The notes: a model not told the origin generated them from the sequence alone. A stretch of DNA of 64,000 nucleotides from an uncultured delta proteobacterium (GCA_963713045.1 CAVQKE010000001.1:192001-256000), one strand, 5' to 3'. Shown: positions 50,148-60,813, counted from the first letter of the stretch. Made by a program: numbers and translations.

Positions 50148-50882
50148 ATGGGAAAGCTTGCAGGTAAAGTTGCAGTCATCACGGGTGGATCGAGCGGCAT
50201 GGCGTTGGCGAGCGCCAAGCGGTTCGTTGAAGAAGGCGCCTATGTGTTCATCACCGGCCGGAAACAGGAGGCGCTGGACGAGGCCGTCAAGCTGATTGGC
50301 CGGAACGTGACCGGCGTGCGCGGCGACGCGGCCAATCTCGACGACCTCGACCGCCTGTTCGATACGGTCAAGCGGGTGAAGGGCAAGATCGACATCCTGT
50401 ACGCGAGCGCTGGCACGGGCGAGGCCGTACCACTGGGCGAAATTACCGAGCAGCACTTCGATGCGGCCTTCGGCCTGAATGCGCGCGGCACGCTGTTTAC
50501 GGTTCAGAAGGCGTTGCCGCTGTTCAACGATGGGGGATCGATCTTCATGACCGGGTCAGTTGCTTCGGTGAAGGGTTTTCCTGGTTATGGCGTGTATGCG
50601 GCGAGCAAGGCGGCGTTGCGCTCATTCGCACGCACTTGGCTTAACGAACTGAAGGGCAGGAATATCCGAGTGAACGTGCTGAGCCCGGGGCCGATCGCCA
50701 CCCCGATGCAGGACCAAGTTCTCACCGAGGAGGCGAAGCGGATGTTCGAATCCCTGATCCCGCGGGGAAAGATGGGTCGTCCTGAGGAAATTGCGACGGT
50801 CGCGCTGTTTCTTGCTTCAGACGATTCGAGCTTCGTGAATGGCGTGGAGTTGTCTGTCGACGGCGGCTTCTCGGCCATCTGA
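50148..50882 (+). CDS. Short-chain dehydrogenase/reductase
   Basis: TGGSSGMA, YAASK, IRVNVLSPG, VDGG. Confidence 0.93.
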   Translation: MGKLAGKVAVITGGSSGMALASAKRFVEEGAYVFITGRKQEALDEAVKLIGRNVTGVRGDAANLDDLDRLFDTVKRVKGKIDILYASAGTGEAVPLGEITEQHFDAAFGLNARGTLFTVQKALPLFNDGGSIFMTGSVASVKGFPGYGVYAASKAALRSFARTWLNELKGRNIRVNVLSPGPIATPMQDQVLTEEAKRMFESLIPRGKMGRPEEIATVALFLASDDSSFVNGVELSVDGGFSAI

Positions 50883-51086
50883 AATCGCGCCGGATCGCGG
50901 GAAGCAGCTAACCGGCGGGAACTAGCGTGTCCATGGTGGAACGACTTCCGCGCTGAACGGTCAGTCCGGCCGCGCGGAAGTCGTTCACGGCGACACGCCT
51001 GCGCGAAGGTCGCCACGTAGCGAAACGGATAACCCAGCGCCGTTGAAGGCCGGGGAATCAATATCAACACGGATCGGAGAAGCGTT

Positions 51087-51689
51087 ATGAGCTATGCGAT
51101 TGTAGGATTCGGTGCGGTAGGCCAGGCCCTCGCCCGCGCCTTCGCCCGTAAGAACATCGACGTGACCGTCGCGAGCCGCCGGCCGCCCGAGGCGTTGGCG
51201 CCACAGGCTGGGGCGATCGGACCCACGGTCGTCGCCAAGTCGCTGCAGAATGCAGTCGAGGCCGACACGATCATCTTGGCAGTCCCGTTCTGGGAGCACC
51301 GCGCGGTTGCGAAGGCCCTGGCGAGTTGGGAAGGCAAGACGGTCATCGACGCGACGAATGCGTTTGGAGTTCTCCCTGAAGAGCTGGGCGGTCTCCCGTC
51401 CTCCGCCGTCATCGCGAAGGCGTTCACCGGCGCCAAGTTCGTGAAAGGTTTCAATCACCTGCCTGCGGCCGCCCTGGCGGCCGATCCCCTCGTCGAGGGC
51501 GGCTACCGGGTCATCTTTCTGTCGAGCGACGACGAGGACGCGACCGCTCCCGTGGCGGCATTGGCCAAACAACTCGGGTTCGCACCCGTCAAGCTGGGAA
51601 AGCTCAACGAGGGTGGCGCGCTGGTGCACGCACGCGGCCGCACTTGGGGCCAACTGATCTTCCAGGATCTGTTCAAGAAAAAGCAGTGA
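51087..51689 (+). CDS. NADPH-dependent F420-reductase-like (dinucleotide-binding) protein
   Basis: GFGAVG, ILAVPF, IDATN, VKGFN. Confidence 0.85.
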   Translation: MSYAIVGFGAVGQALARAFARKNIDVTVASRRPPEALAPQAGAIGPTVVAKSLQNAVEADTIILAVPFWEHRAVAKALASWEGKTVIDATNAFGVLPEELGGLPSSAVIAKAFTGAKFVKGFNHLPAAALAADPLVEGGYRVIFLSSDDEDATAPVAALAKQLGFAPVKLGKLNEGGALVHARGRTWGQLIFQDLFKKKQ

Positions 51690-51793
51690 GCGATGTAAGA
51701 CCAACGCGACGCTGGCGCGGTGAGCGTCCCAGGCGTTTTGGGCGCCCGGCCTTGGGGCGAAACTACGAATCGCGGCGCCGGAATGCATTGACC

Positions 51794-51843
51794 GTGGTAA
51801 CTCTATTGGAACTGCTTACGGCCACCCACGGCCACTGACGGCC
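51794..51843 (+). repeat. Element-end repeat, copy A
   Basis: GTGGTAACTCTATTGGAACTGCTTACGGCCACCCACGGCCACTGACGGCC; related copies at 53570, 60814 and 62113. Confidence 0.85.
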
Positions 51844-52215
51844 GAAGCTGAGCTTGGGCAACTTCTTGAGGTCGAGCTGCTGGGCCAGACGGGCCCTGAG
51901 AAAGCCGGTAGCCCTGCCAAAGCCCTCTTTGCTCGCACGCCCCACTTCTTGCTCTCGGCTGAGCGGGGCCGAGACGGCATAGGCCACGCGAGCGTGACCT
52001 CCGTCGGGGGAGAGATGCACCGCGAGAATCCTGATGCCGTCGAGAGACGGGTCCGTAGTCTCATCGCTGATGAGGGATTGAAGTTCGTCGAGAAGGATGT
52101 GTTCGAGGCGAGCCTGCCGATGGCCAACTCCCTCCTCGTGAAGACCTCCGCTAGAAAGGGTAGACGTGTCTGACTTCGCGAACTGCGATTGGGTACGACG
52201 AGATTTTGGTGACAT
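51844..52215 (-). pseudogene. RbfA paralogue whose 3' end runs into repeat A (reading frame continues to 51763)
   Basis: RQARLEHIL..L..DPSL..I.AVHLSPDGGHARV..ATGFLRARLA..L.LKKLPKLSF. Confidence 0.65.
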
Positions 52216-52623
52216 GGAAACGGTTTTCCTGCGGCGTCGCCCGACTGAGCGACGCACAAGGTTCAACGCAACGCTCAATGAGCGCGCGCTCGACAGGACC
52301 CCGTCACACGGAAAAGCAGACGACGCCTACGCGCACCTCAAGGAGCACCCCCGGAAACCGTTTGGCTGAATATCCACGGGACACCTCCTTGTTTACCGGC
52401 AGCAGCGGCGTGGCTGGATTGGGATCGCGGTTGCCCGTCCGCCGTCAAACGCTGGTTGCCGGCGCCTTGGAACTACCGAGATCAACTGAAGGTGCTCGGC
52501 GCTCGATGGCAAGCGGGCGACCCGCAGGAGGCCCCTCAAACTGAACTGACGCTGGCGGCACGAGTCCCAGCGCCCGATCGGCCGAGGCTCCTGAGAATGA
52601 GCCACGCCGACACGCGGGTAAAG

Positions 52624-53040
52624 TCAGGGCAACTCGCGCAGGAAGTCTCCAGGCTTTACCAGGCGTACACCGCCCACTGTGCGCAGCCGGAGCAGGTCCT
52701 TGTCCAGCGTCACTACGAATTCTGCGTTCCCGCCGAGGGCGACGACGACCACCATGTCATCGCCCAGGTCCGAGGGGACTAAGCCTCGCGAGGGAATGGC
52801 AGTTACCCGCTCGGCCGCGGCGACGATGACAGAGACGAAGACCAGTCTATCTACCTTGGCGGCATAGCGGACGACCTCGGGATAGTTCACGGCGCGCCTG
52901 TACTCGGCCTCTAATTCATCCGTGATTACGAGCTGGATGGCGCCAGCTGCCGCAGCGGCGAGGACCACACGCGACGCAGAGTGGGGGTTGGGAGTGGTGA
53001 GGGCCGCGGCAACCACCAAGGTGTCCACGACAACTCTCAT
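52624..53040 (-). CDS. PIN-domain putative toxin
   Basis: MRVVVDT, ELEAEY, D.GDD..V..A....VVTLDKDLL. Confidence 0.8.
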   Translation of the reverse strand: MRVVVDTLVVAAALTTPNPHSASRVVLAAAAAGAIQLVITDELEAEYRRAVNYPEVVRYAAKVDRLVFVSVIVAAAERVTAIPSRGLVPSDLGDDMVVVVALGGNAEFVVTLDKDLLRLRTVGGVRLVKPGDFLRELP

Positions 53041-53327
53041 CTTCTGGACCGGGCCCTGCGGGCTGCCTTCTCCCCAAGGCGCTCTGCGGCGACCTCCGAG
53101 CGGGCTCGACCCGGAGGAAGCCTAGCCAGCAACTCAGCGAGGTGGACGCGAGCTGCGGCAGCGAGCACCGCGTGCGCCCGCTCCTCGGCTGCCTGGCGTA
53201 GGAATTCCGAGCGACGCTTGCCCTCCACCTTTGCGGCGCGGCCCACAAGCTCGCGGAGTTCTCTGGTCGTACGGTAGGTTTCGACGGTTTTGGACATGCT
53301 CTTTTGCCTCGTATTACGTTTGTCCAT
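53037..53327 (-). CDS. RHH/DUF1778-like antitoxin (alternative start 53297)
   Basis: RAAKVEGKRRSEFLRQAAEERA; ATGA overlap with the toxin. Confidence 0.75.
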   Translation of the reverse strand: MDKRNTRQKSMSKTVETYRTTRELRELVGRAAKVEGKRRSEFLRQAAEERAHAVLAAAARVHLAELLARLPPGRARSEVAAERLGEKAARRARSRR

Positions 53328-53569
53328 CTATTCTATCGCTTCGCACTACGCATGGCCACGGTCTGATGACCCTCCTGACCGAGGTTCTGAGAACGGCAAA
53401 CGGTAGTCGTCGGCGGGGGGTGGACCGGTCCACACCCTCGGTGTGGGAGTGAAATCTCCATGGCCGATTTCGCCACGCCGCAGGCCCTCAATGGCGCATC
53501 TGGAGAACTGACCGCAGCACCGCCTGCGGCTCACCACTGCTTCGACGGGCGCGGAATGAGGGGCCGACT

Positions 53570-53702
53570 GTGGTAACTCTCTTGCGACTGCTTACGGCCG
53601 CTCATGGCCACTGAAGACCATTGCCCCTCTGCTATTTGTAACGACTAGAGGGGGCAAAGGTGACTGTTAATCACCATGTCCCAGGTTCGAGTCCTGGTCG
53701 GG
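53570..53702 (+). repeat. Repeat copy B plus tRNA-Asn 3' copy (att-like junction 1)
   Basis: 53659-53702 is identical to 47420-47463 (44 bp); repeat B lies just upstream. Confidence 0.9.
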
Positions 53703-54137
53703 CAGCTGCGGAATGTAGATTGCCTTACCAGTGCATCGCGAAGCGGCCAAGTTCACGCGGCGTCCACCACCCTTCCACGACCTCGCGGAGCAGAACGCGC
53801 GGGAGCTTGGCCTGTGCCGCCACTGCCCAGGATGCCGCGCTAGCGTAGCCGCACTTGGACAGCGCGTCCGGTGTTCATGCACGGCGCGTGAGTGCTGCTC
53901 ACCGCTGCAAGCGCACGTCCTGCGCGGAGGAGACGTGCTTCTGCAAGCATTGCGTGGCTACCGACCCCGCTCGTTTCATTAACCGAGGAATGAAGGGTAC
54001 CTCCTGGCATTCGCTGGTGCCCAGTCGGAAGGTGGTTACGTTTTCGTTGCGTTTGAGCGCAAGGCTCATCGCTTGAGGCATCTGGACTAGGTCAGACGCT
54101 TTCGTTTCGTGAACGCTTAGTCGACTGGAGGACGCAC

Positions 54138-54836
54138 ATGAATCGCATGCTGGTGGTGGTTTTCGACAAAGAGGCCAAAGCCTACGAGGGCAAACAGGCG
54201 CTGGTGGCGCTTGACTCAGAGGGAAGCATCTCCCTCTACGCTTCTGCGGTGGTCGCAAAGAACTCTGACGGCACTGCAACGGTGAAACAGGGCAATGAGC
54301 CGGCGCCGTTTGGAACGCTCGTGGGCACGACCCTCGGAAGCCTCATCGGGCTACTCGGAGGCCCGACAGGTGTAGCAATTGGCGCTGCAGCAGGCATGAC
54401 CGTGGGTGCCGCTTCAGACGTGGACGACGCCCGTATCGGCGACGACTTCCTGGACGACGTCAAGAAGGCGCTTACGCCGGGCAAGGCTGCAGTGGTTGCC
54501 GACATCGATGAGGAGTGGACGACTCCGGTGGACACGCGCATGGAGAAGCTGGGCGGGGCGGTGTACCGCCGTGCTGTGTCGGCCGTGCGAGACATTGCCA
54601 ACGATGAGGACACTGCTGCCATCAAGGCGGACATCGCAGAGATGAAGGCCGAGCATGCCCAAGCGCACGCCGAGCGCAAGGCAAAGCTGCTGGAACGCCT
54701 CAACCAGCTGGATTCCAAACTGCAGGCGCGGCTGCAGAAAGCAAAGGAGCAGCGCCAGCGGGCCGAAGGCGCATCCCAGGCAAAGGTTGCATTCCTCAAA
54801 GCGAAGGCGACCGCCGCCAGAGCGAAGGCTCCCTGA
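54138..54836 (+). CDS. DUF1269-like membrane/stress protein
   Basis: GGAGG SD; GTLVG..GSLIGLLGGP.G.A.G, IDEEWTTPVD, coiled-coil tail. Confidence 0.8.
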   Translation: MNRMLVVVFDKEAKAYEGKQALVALDSEGSISLYASAVVAKNSDGTATVKQGNEPAPFGTLVGTTLGSLIGLLGGPTGVAIGAAAGMTVGAASDVDDARIGDDFLDDVKKALTPGKAAVVADIDEEWTTPVDTRMEKLGGAVYRRAVSAVRDIANDEDTAAIKADIAEMKAEHAQAHAERKAKLLERLNQLDSKLQARLQKAKEQRQRAEGASQAKVAFLKAKATAARAKAP

Positions 54837-54895
54837 GATGCCGAACGGCCGTCCGGTCTGTCGGAGTTCAAACAACTAACGCAGGAGGAAGGGCT

Positions 54896-55468
54896 ATGGC
54901 ACCAGGCACGACAATCCTTGATGAAGTCAGGAAGCACTCGGCGTGGAGCATCTTCATGGGAGTGCTAACGGCAGCCTTGGGTATCTTGCTCATTGTCTAT
55001 CCGTTCGCCACGGGAATGCTCACCACTGCCTTGCTCGGGACAACGCTCATCGTAGTGGGCGTGGTGGGGATTTTTCTCGCACTCAGCTCGCAGACCGCCG
55101 GGAGCTTCTTTGGGCACATCCTCCTCGCAGCGCTCTACGGGCTGACGGGCATCGTCCTCCTCGTCTTCCCGTTTCAGGGTGTGGCGAGTCTAACGCTCGT
55201 CCTCGGCGCGATGCTGGTAGTCCGCGGCATTTTTGCAATCGTTACAGCAATCCGCGTTCGGCCGATCGACGGTTGGGGGTGGCTCCTCGCTGACGGCCTG
55301 TTCGGCGCCGCCGCGGGCGTGCTCGTCCTCGTCAATTGGCCGGGCAGCACCGTATGGGCCGTGGGTACTCTCGTCGGTGCGTCCGTGTTGGTGACGGGAA
55401 TCTCGCGGATTGCGCTGGCGGCGCGCATCCACGGCGGAGTTGACCGGCTCTCGCCACGTGCGGCATGA
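54896..55468 (+). CDS. HdeD/DUF308 membrane protein
   Basis: Six TM segments, GWGWLLADG, WP.S..W.VG.LVG. Confidence 0.82.
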   Translation: MAPGTTILDEVRKHSAWSIFMGVLTAALGILLIVYPFATGMLTTALLGTTLIVVGVVGIFLALSSQTAGSFFGHILLAALYGLTGIVLLVFPFQGVASLTLVLGAMLVVRGIFAIVTAIRVRPIDGWGWLLADGLFGAAAGVLVLVNWPGSTVWAVGTLVGASVLVTGISRIALAARIHGGVDRLSPRAA

Positions 55469-55497
55469 AGCTGCTCAGTGATTGTAGGGCCATGGTG

Positions 55498-55737
55498 ATG
55501 AAGACCATGGCCCTAGCAGCGGTACTGACCTTTGGAGCCTGGCCGGTGTGTGCCTGGGCAACCGAGCCCGCTGCGGACGCAGGGCAACCAGATGTCGAAT
55601 TGCAGCTAGGCCAGGAGGTCTTCCACCCGCTGAAGGCGAAGGGAGAAATCATCGCGACTTCCTCGCTTTATGGCCTGCCTGACCCCATCGCGTCCGATGG
55701 ATTGCCCCCGGCGGACCCTCCGCCAGTCGTCAGCTGA
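55498..55737 (+). pseudogene. Truncated secreted protein (possibly an M48 peptidase N-terminus)
   Basis: Signal peptide then ELQLGQEVF; no HExxH reached before the stop. Confidence 0.35.
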
Positions 55738-55990
55738 ACGCTTAAACCTGTGGACCGCCACCAGGCGCTATTTGCGAACGAGCGCATTGGTCATGTAGGA
55801 GCCTCGATGAAGAATTCCCGGGGCATGGCCTCGGCGTCCAGAGGAAGGCTGTGGCGTTAATGCTTTCGCAATACTCCGCCAGCGATGGAGAGGGAAAGAA
55901 GACCGGACGGATTGCGCGTCGAGACGGCCGACTTTCGCGAATAGGAGGCACGGACGCCGCGCTTCACGCTGGTGGACAGAGCAACCACTG

Positions 55991-56914
55991 ATGCTGCGAA
56001 TCGCTCATGTCTCCGACACCCACGTCCTCTCGACCCGAGGTGTGGAGTGGCACAACTTGCTCTTCAACAAGCGACTCACCGGCCAGGCCAACCTCCTCCT
56101 GCACCGTGGACGCGTGTTCCGCCGGGCGTATCTCCTGGCAGTACTTGAGGCCGCCGCTGCTTCCGCGGACCACGTCGTCGTCACCGGCGACATCACCAAC
56201 CTTGCCCTCGAGAGCGAGTATGAGGAGGCGCTCAGACTGCTCGACGGCGTCGCACGCTCGGTTGAGGTCACCGTCGTCCCAGGCAACCACGACATCTACC
56301 TTCCCTCCGTCCAACACGAGCGGCGGTTTCCGCATTACTTCCGTCGGTTCCTGAAGAGCGATCTCCCGGACTTGGCACTCGATCTTCCGGCCGGCCCATA
56401 TCCCTGCGTCAAGCTGCGGGGCCCGACGGCGATCATCGCCCTGTCGAGCGGGGTGCCCCGTCCGCCGTTCGTCGCCTCTGGCTCTCTCGGCGATGAACAG
56501 CGCGTGGCCCTGGCACGAGCGCTCGCCCATCCCGAAGTGGCGAAGCGCGTGCCACTGATCCTGGTGCACCATCCGCCGGTCGACGCCCGGAACTACCTCG
56601 CCCGGCTGCGCGATGGGCTGGTAGACGCCGCGCAGCTCCGAGACACTCTCGCACCTCTCGCGCGTGGACTCGTGCTTTTTGGTCACCTGCACGTGCGGGT
56701 GCGCTGCGTGCTCCGCACCGCCACAGGCGCACTGAACGTCATCTGCGCGAGCGGGGCTGCGCTCGACCATCCGGATTCCGCGGTCCGCGCCGGTTTCAAC
56801 CGCTACGAGATCGGCGACGATGGACAAACGGTAACCATCGAGGCGCACGTCCTCGACGCATCAGGCACCACCATGCGGCAAACTGCCATCCTCGAACGTC
56901 CGAGCTGCGTATGA
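55991..56914 (+). CDS. Metallophosphoesterase
   Basis: SDTH, TGDITN, PGNHD, HHPP, GHLH. Confidence 0.9.
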   Translation: MLRIAHVSDTHVLSTRGVEWHNLLFNKRLTGQANLLLHRGRVFRRAYLLAVLEAAAASADHVVVTGDITNLALESEYEEALRLLDGVARSVEVTVVPGNHDIYLPSVQHERRFPHYFRRFLKSDLPDLALDLPAGPYPCVKLRGPTAIIALSSGVPRPPFVASGSLGDEQRVALARALAHPEVAKRVPLILVHHPPVDARNYLARLRDGLVDAAQLRDTLAPLARGLVLFGHLHVRVRCVLRTATGALNVICASGAALDHPDSAVRAGFNRYEIGDDGQTVTIEAHVLDASGTTMRQTAILERPSCV

Positions 56915-59595
56915 ACTACCGCCGCGTGCTCTTCATCACCGAGCTCGGGAAAGATGCCCGGGCAGCCGTGGCAGTCATCCGCCGCATCGCGCCTGCCGCC
57001 GAGCTACTGGTCGTCGTCGCTCGCTTGCCGGAGCACCAGATTGCCTGGCTTGCCGACGAGGCACCGGGCGACCTGAACCAGGCTGCGCTGGCGGCGCTCA
57101 ACGCCCTGCGCGACTCGGCTGCCGGCGCTGCAACGCGGGTGGAAGTGAAGCTGGCGTCCGGGCTCGTCATCGACGAGCTGGCGCAACTCGTGAAAGCGTC
57201 GGGCGTCGACCTGCTCGCCGCGAGCCCGCTACCGCTGACGGGTATTGCTGTCCTAGCCGAGTTGCGCAACCACCAGTCTCTTGCTGTGCTTTGGACCGCG
57301 GCCGCCGTGCCCGGCGATGGCCCGCTCAATGAGCTCAGGTGCTTGGCGGTGGGCGCGCGCGGACGCGCCGAAGTCGCTTCGTTTCTGCGCGATCATGGGA
57401 CTCCGGCGATGCATGCTGTTGTCCTCTGGCGCAGGCGCTTTCCACTCGGCAAGCTCTCGGATGCGCTGGACATGGCAGGCATCACGGCAAGGGTGGACCT
57501 CGTGCCGGTTTCCGGAGGGTTGCGGTCGTGGCTGCGCGCTGAGACGACTGAGGCTCCCATCGACCTGCTGGTGTTGCCGCGGTTTCCTGGTGACTTGCTG
57601 CTCGCGGCTAGCTGGCCCGCACCGGTCCTATTCCTACCCCAACTGGAGACGGTCGCGCCCGTCTTGACGCGCGCCCTCGACGTGCCCGATCTCGTGGAAG
57701 AAGCCGGCATCACTCGGGTACGCCTTGAGATTGCGTCCGGGGTAGGACGCCGCGACCCCATCCCCGATCAGCAGGTCGCATTCATCTCCGGTGGCCGCGT
57801 CGTAGCCGCCTTCACAACCAGCCACGGCGAGGGCGAGTTGCCCGCCGGCCTCGACGCGGTTTCCCTCGGCGTCTACCGGGTCGGGGAGACCCTGGCTCCC
57901 AATCCGCTTGCTCAGATTGAGGAGCAGGTCACGGTCTTCCGGCCGGGCTCACGGCCGTTGCTCCTCTTCGACGCCGGCCTCGCCGACGAAGACCTGTCTC
58001 TGCTGGCCAGACTCCAGGAGTCTGCCGAACTGCTCGCGGTCCGCCTCCGGGCCACCCGGAGCTGCAAAGGCATCCGCTTGCGGTTGGCTGCCGCCGGGTT
58101 GCGACCAGTCGTCGCCGATGCCAGCACTATCCTCGACGAGGGCGAAGCCCTCGACGTGGCGAAGGTCGTCGATGCCGTCCGTCTCGCGCGGGTGGGCATG
58201 CGAATGCGCTGGGCTGGTTTTTCTGTGGTGGGCATCGTTCACGATGGCTCGCACTCGCCGCGCACCATCGGGTTTGAAGCCGTGACCGCGTCTGAAGCCG
58301 CCACGAGACCATGGCGCATTGAGGCTTCCGTCACGGGGTCGCAGTCCATCGGCAGCCGCCTCCAGGCGACGACAGGGGCTTCACTCATCACCGGCAACGG
58401 GGTGGAGCTCGAGTTCGACAACGCGAAGGCCCGTCACTGGCTGCTCGACGCCATCGCGGCCAGCCGCGAGCGGTTTCACTTCCAAGTTTACATGGGGCTG
58501 GACGATGACGTCGGCAGCGCGGTCGAAGCGGCGTTGGCCGCAGCCGGCGCCCGTGGCGTCGCCGTGCGCGTGCTCGTCGATTCTCTGCACGGTTTTCAAG
58601 GTTCGTACGGCATTCGCAATCCGGTGTTCGACCGTCTCAGCAAACGTCCTGGGGTCGAGCTCCGCGTGTTGCGGCCCCTCACCGGCGTGCCCTCGCTCGA
58701 GGACCTCAAGCGGCGGGACCATCGCAAAATGGCCATCGCCGACGGCGCCGTCGGACTAATCGGTGGGCGCAACCTCTCGCACGAGTACTACACCGGGTTC
58801 GATGAGGTGCAGCTCACGCCCGCGACGCCGTGGCGCCAGGTGCCGTGGCTCGACGCCGGCGCCCGGGTCGAGGGCCCCGTCGTCAGCGCGCTTGACCGCG
58901 CCTTTCTGCAGTCCTGGACCGAGACGGGAGGTAAGACGTTCGACATTGCCGAGCGCCCGCCAGCTGGGGGCACGCAGGCCCGTCTCGTCATCCACCACGG
59001 GCTGGAGGACGCGGCCACGCTGGAGGCTTACCTCGCGCTCATCGACACCGCGCAGTCACATGTCTACGCCGTCAATGGCTTCCCGCTGATCCTCGAAATC
59101 CAGCATGCCCTGCTGCGTGCGCTCCGTCGGGGCGTCCGAGTGCGCACCCTCTTTGGACACCTCACACCCACCCATGGCACCACGCCTTTCAAGGGCCCCT
59201 GGGCCACGGCACGCACCGCCGCAACACAAATGGTCCATTCGCGCATGGATGCGCTGGTCGCAGCAGGCGGCGAAGGCTACCAGTTCGCCGTGGCCCAGCA
59301 GCCTGGATGGGCACGCGGCCTCGGTTCCGTGCACTCCCACGTCCATGCCAAGGTGATGAGTGCGGATGGACGGGTCTGCGCCGTCGGTAGCGCTAACCTG
59401 GACTTCACCGCCGGCTATTGGGAGAGCGAACTCCTACTTCTGGTGGAGGACCCGACGGTCGCCGCAGCGCTCGAGGCGCGCATCGAAGCGCTCATCGCGG
59501 GCTCGGACCGCGTCAACCGCAATGACCCCGCGTGGCAGGAAGCCGCGAAGCATCGCCAATGGATGGAGCACTGGCCGGGCGGACTGTCGGTCTGA
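56911..59595 (+). CDS. Cardiolipin-synthase-like phospholipase D with a long N-terminal extension
   Basis: HRKMAIAD..GGRN and HAKVMSAD..GSANLD (two HKD motifs); ATGA overlap. Confidence 0.88.
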   Translation: MNYRRVLFITELGKDARAAVAVIRRIAPAAELLVVVARLPEHQIAWLADEAPGDLNQAALAALNALRDSAAGAATRVEVKLASGLVIDELAQLVKASGVDLLAASPLPLTGIAVLAELRNHQSLAVLWTAAAVPGDGPLNELRCLAVGARGRAEVASFLRDHGTPAMHAVVLWRRRFPLGKLSDALDMAGITARVDLVPVSGGLRSWLRAETTEAPIDLLVLPRFPGDLLLAASWPAPVLFLPQLETVAPVLTRALDVPDLVEEAGITRVRLEIASGVGRRDPIPDQQVAFISGGRVVAAFTTSHGEGELPAGLDAVSLGVYRVGETLAPNPLAQIEEQVTVFRPGSRPLLLFDAGLADEDLSLLARLQESAELLAVRLRATRSCKGIRLRLAAAGLRPVVADASTILDEGEALDVAKVVDAVRLARVGMRMRWAGFSVVGIVHDGSHSPRTIGFEAVTASEAATRPWRIEASVTGSQSIGSRLQATTGASLITGNGVELEFDNAKARHWLLDAIAASRERFHFQVYMGLDDDVGSAVEAALAAAGARGVAVRVLVDSLHGFQGSYGIRNPVFDRLSKRPGVELRVLRPLTGVPSLEDLKRRDHRKMAIADGAVGLIGGRNLSHEYYTGFDEVQLTPATPWRQVPWLDAGARVEGPVVSALDRAFLQSWTETGGKTFDIAERPPAGGTQARLVIHHGLEDAATLEAYLALIDTAQSHVYAVNGFPLILEIQHALLRALRRGVRVRTLFGHLTPTHGTTPFKGPWATARTAATQMVHSRMDALVAAGGEGYQFAVAQQPGWARGLGSVHSHVHAKVMSADGRVCAVGSANLDFTAGYWESELLLLVEDPTVAAALEARIEALIAGSDRVNRNDPAWQEAAKHRQWMEHWPGGLSV

Positions 59596-59620
59596 CTCCC
59601 GCCCTAGCGGAACCGCTAAG

Positions 59621-60637
59621 TCAGCGGTCGCCGAATTCGGTCACCTTGCCCCTGGGCCGAAGTGCGGCAATGTAGTTGTGCGGCCCGTGCTCGGCGAGGG
59701 TGTAGCGGGACGAGTCGCGGAGCTTGGCGGCGGAGAGAAGCGCCAGGACGGAGCGAGGCACCTGTCGCATGTTGCTGAGCGGCGCGGTGGGAATCTCCGA
59801 GCGCTTCCACTCGCCCTCCGAGAGGCGATACTCCTGCCCGAAGTGCGCGAATTTCCCCCACGTTGTCGCCGGGAGAGCGGGGATGATGTCGCGGGTGGTG
59901 ATGTGGCGGAACAGCCGACGTCCCACCGTCAGCGCAAGCTTGGGCAGCGGTTCGACGAGGACCATCGGCTGGCCAAACGTGTAGACGGCCCGCAGTTTCT
60001 CGGCGATGGCGGGATTACTGGCGGTCCCGGCCACTGACAGTGCAAGCAGCGCCGCCATGGCGCCGCCCAGGCTGTGCCCCGTGACGTACAGTGCCTCGAG
60101 TGGATGGTCCACGTTGGTCGTTGGGTCGAGCAGCGAGCGGCGCTCCAGGGCGTGCTGCAACTCGTTCGTGACGGCCAGTCGCGTCGCACGCACGTTTCGG
60201 TGGAAGCCGGCATGCACACTCGCCGATTCGGCGCCAAGGCCCATTGGCTCCGATTCGGTATCGGCATCGCCGAGCCAATTGACGAGATTCCCTGGCTCAG
60301 TGCCCCGGTAACACAAAATCACGATGCGACCGCAGCGGCTCTGCACCAGGTAAACGGTTGAGAAGACGAACATCGCGTCCACCGTTTGCGACACACGGAC
60401 GCAGGCGTTATCGCCTAGACCGAGTCGGGCCATGACCATAGCCACCGTCCCGGTGTCCGCGTAGGCATAGCCGGCGCAAGTCCCCAGCACATGAGCCACC
60501 ACGGCGTCGCGGCCCGAGTCGTCCCGGGCATGCGCCACGAGGAGGCTTGCCACCGGATCGTCATAGACGGGAAACGGGTCCGCAGCTTTTGCGCCCTTCA
60601 CTCGCTCGATCTCCATCACGGTCCTCACACTTCTCAT
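59621..60637 (-). CDS. Lipase class 3
   Basis: YRGTE, VHAGF, VTGHSLGGAMA, YTFGQP, DIIPALP. Confidence 0.88.
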   Translation of the reverse strand: MRSVRTVMEIERVKGAKAADPFPVYDDPVASLLVAHARDDSGRDAVVAHVLGTCAGYAYADTGTVAMVMARLGLGDNACVRVSQTVDAMFVFSTVYLVQSRCGRIVILCYRGTEPGNLVNWLGDADTESEPMGLGAESASVHAGFHRNVRATRLAVTNELQHALERRSLLDPTTNVDHPLEALYVTGHSLGGAMAALLALSVAGTASNPAIAEKLRAVYTFGQPMVLVEPLPKLALTVGRRLFRHITTRDIIPALPATTWGKFAHFGQEYRLSEGEWKRSEIPTAPLSNMRQVPRSVLALLSAAKLRDSSRYTLAEHGPHNYIAALRPRGKVTEFGDR

Positions 60638-60813
60638 GGCGCAGAAGCGCCCACCGGGTCAGAAGCCTACTTGAGGCAACCGCTCCCGACAGCTCGATTG
60701 CTAAGCCAACCCTCGCGGTGCTCCGCACTCTTCATTGGGGCCGGGAGTAGGCAACGCGAAACAGGCTCGATGGACTCCAGCGTCCATCCTGGGGACGAAG
60801 AACGTGCCGGCCC

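Noticed and set aside
53659..53702. Additional functional tRNA-Asn genes (also 60870-60919)
   Set aside because: The 5' acceptor strand and D-arm are missing; these are att-like fragments.
53731..53982. Tyrosine integrase remnant (REAAKF..PFHDL) next to junction 1
   Set aside because: Only a 4-residue resemblance, with no following R or other catalytic motifs; BLASTX would be needed.
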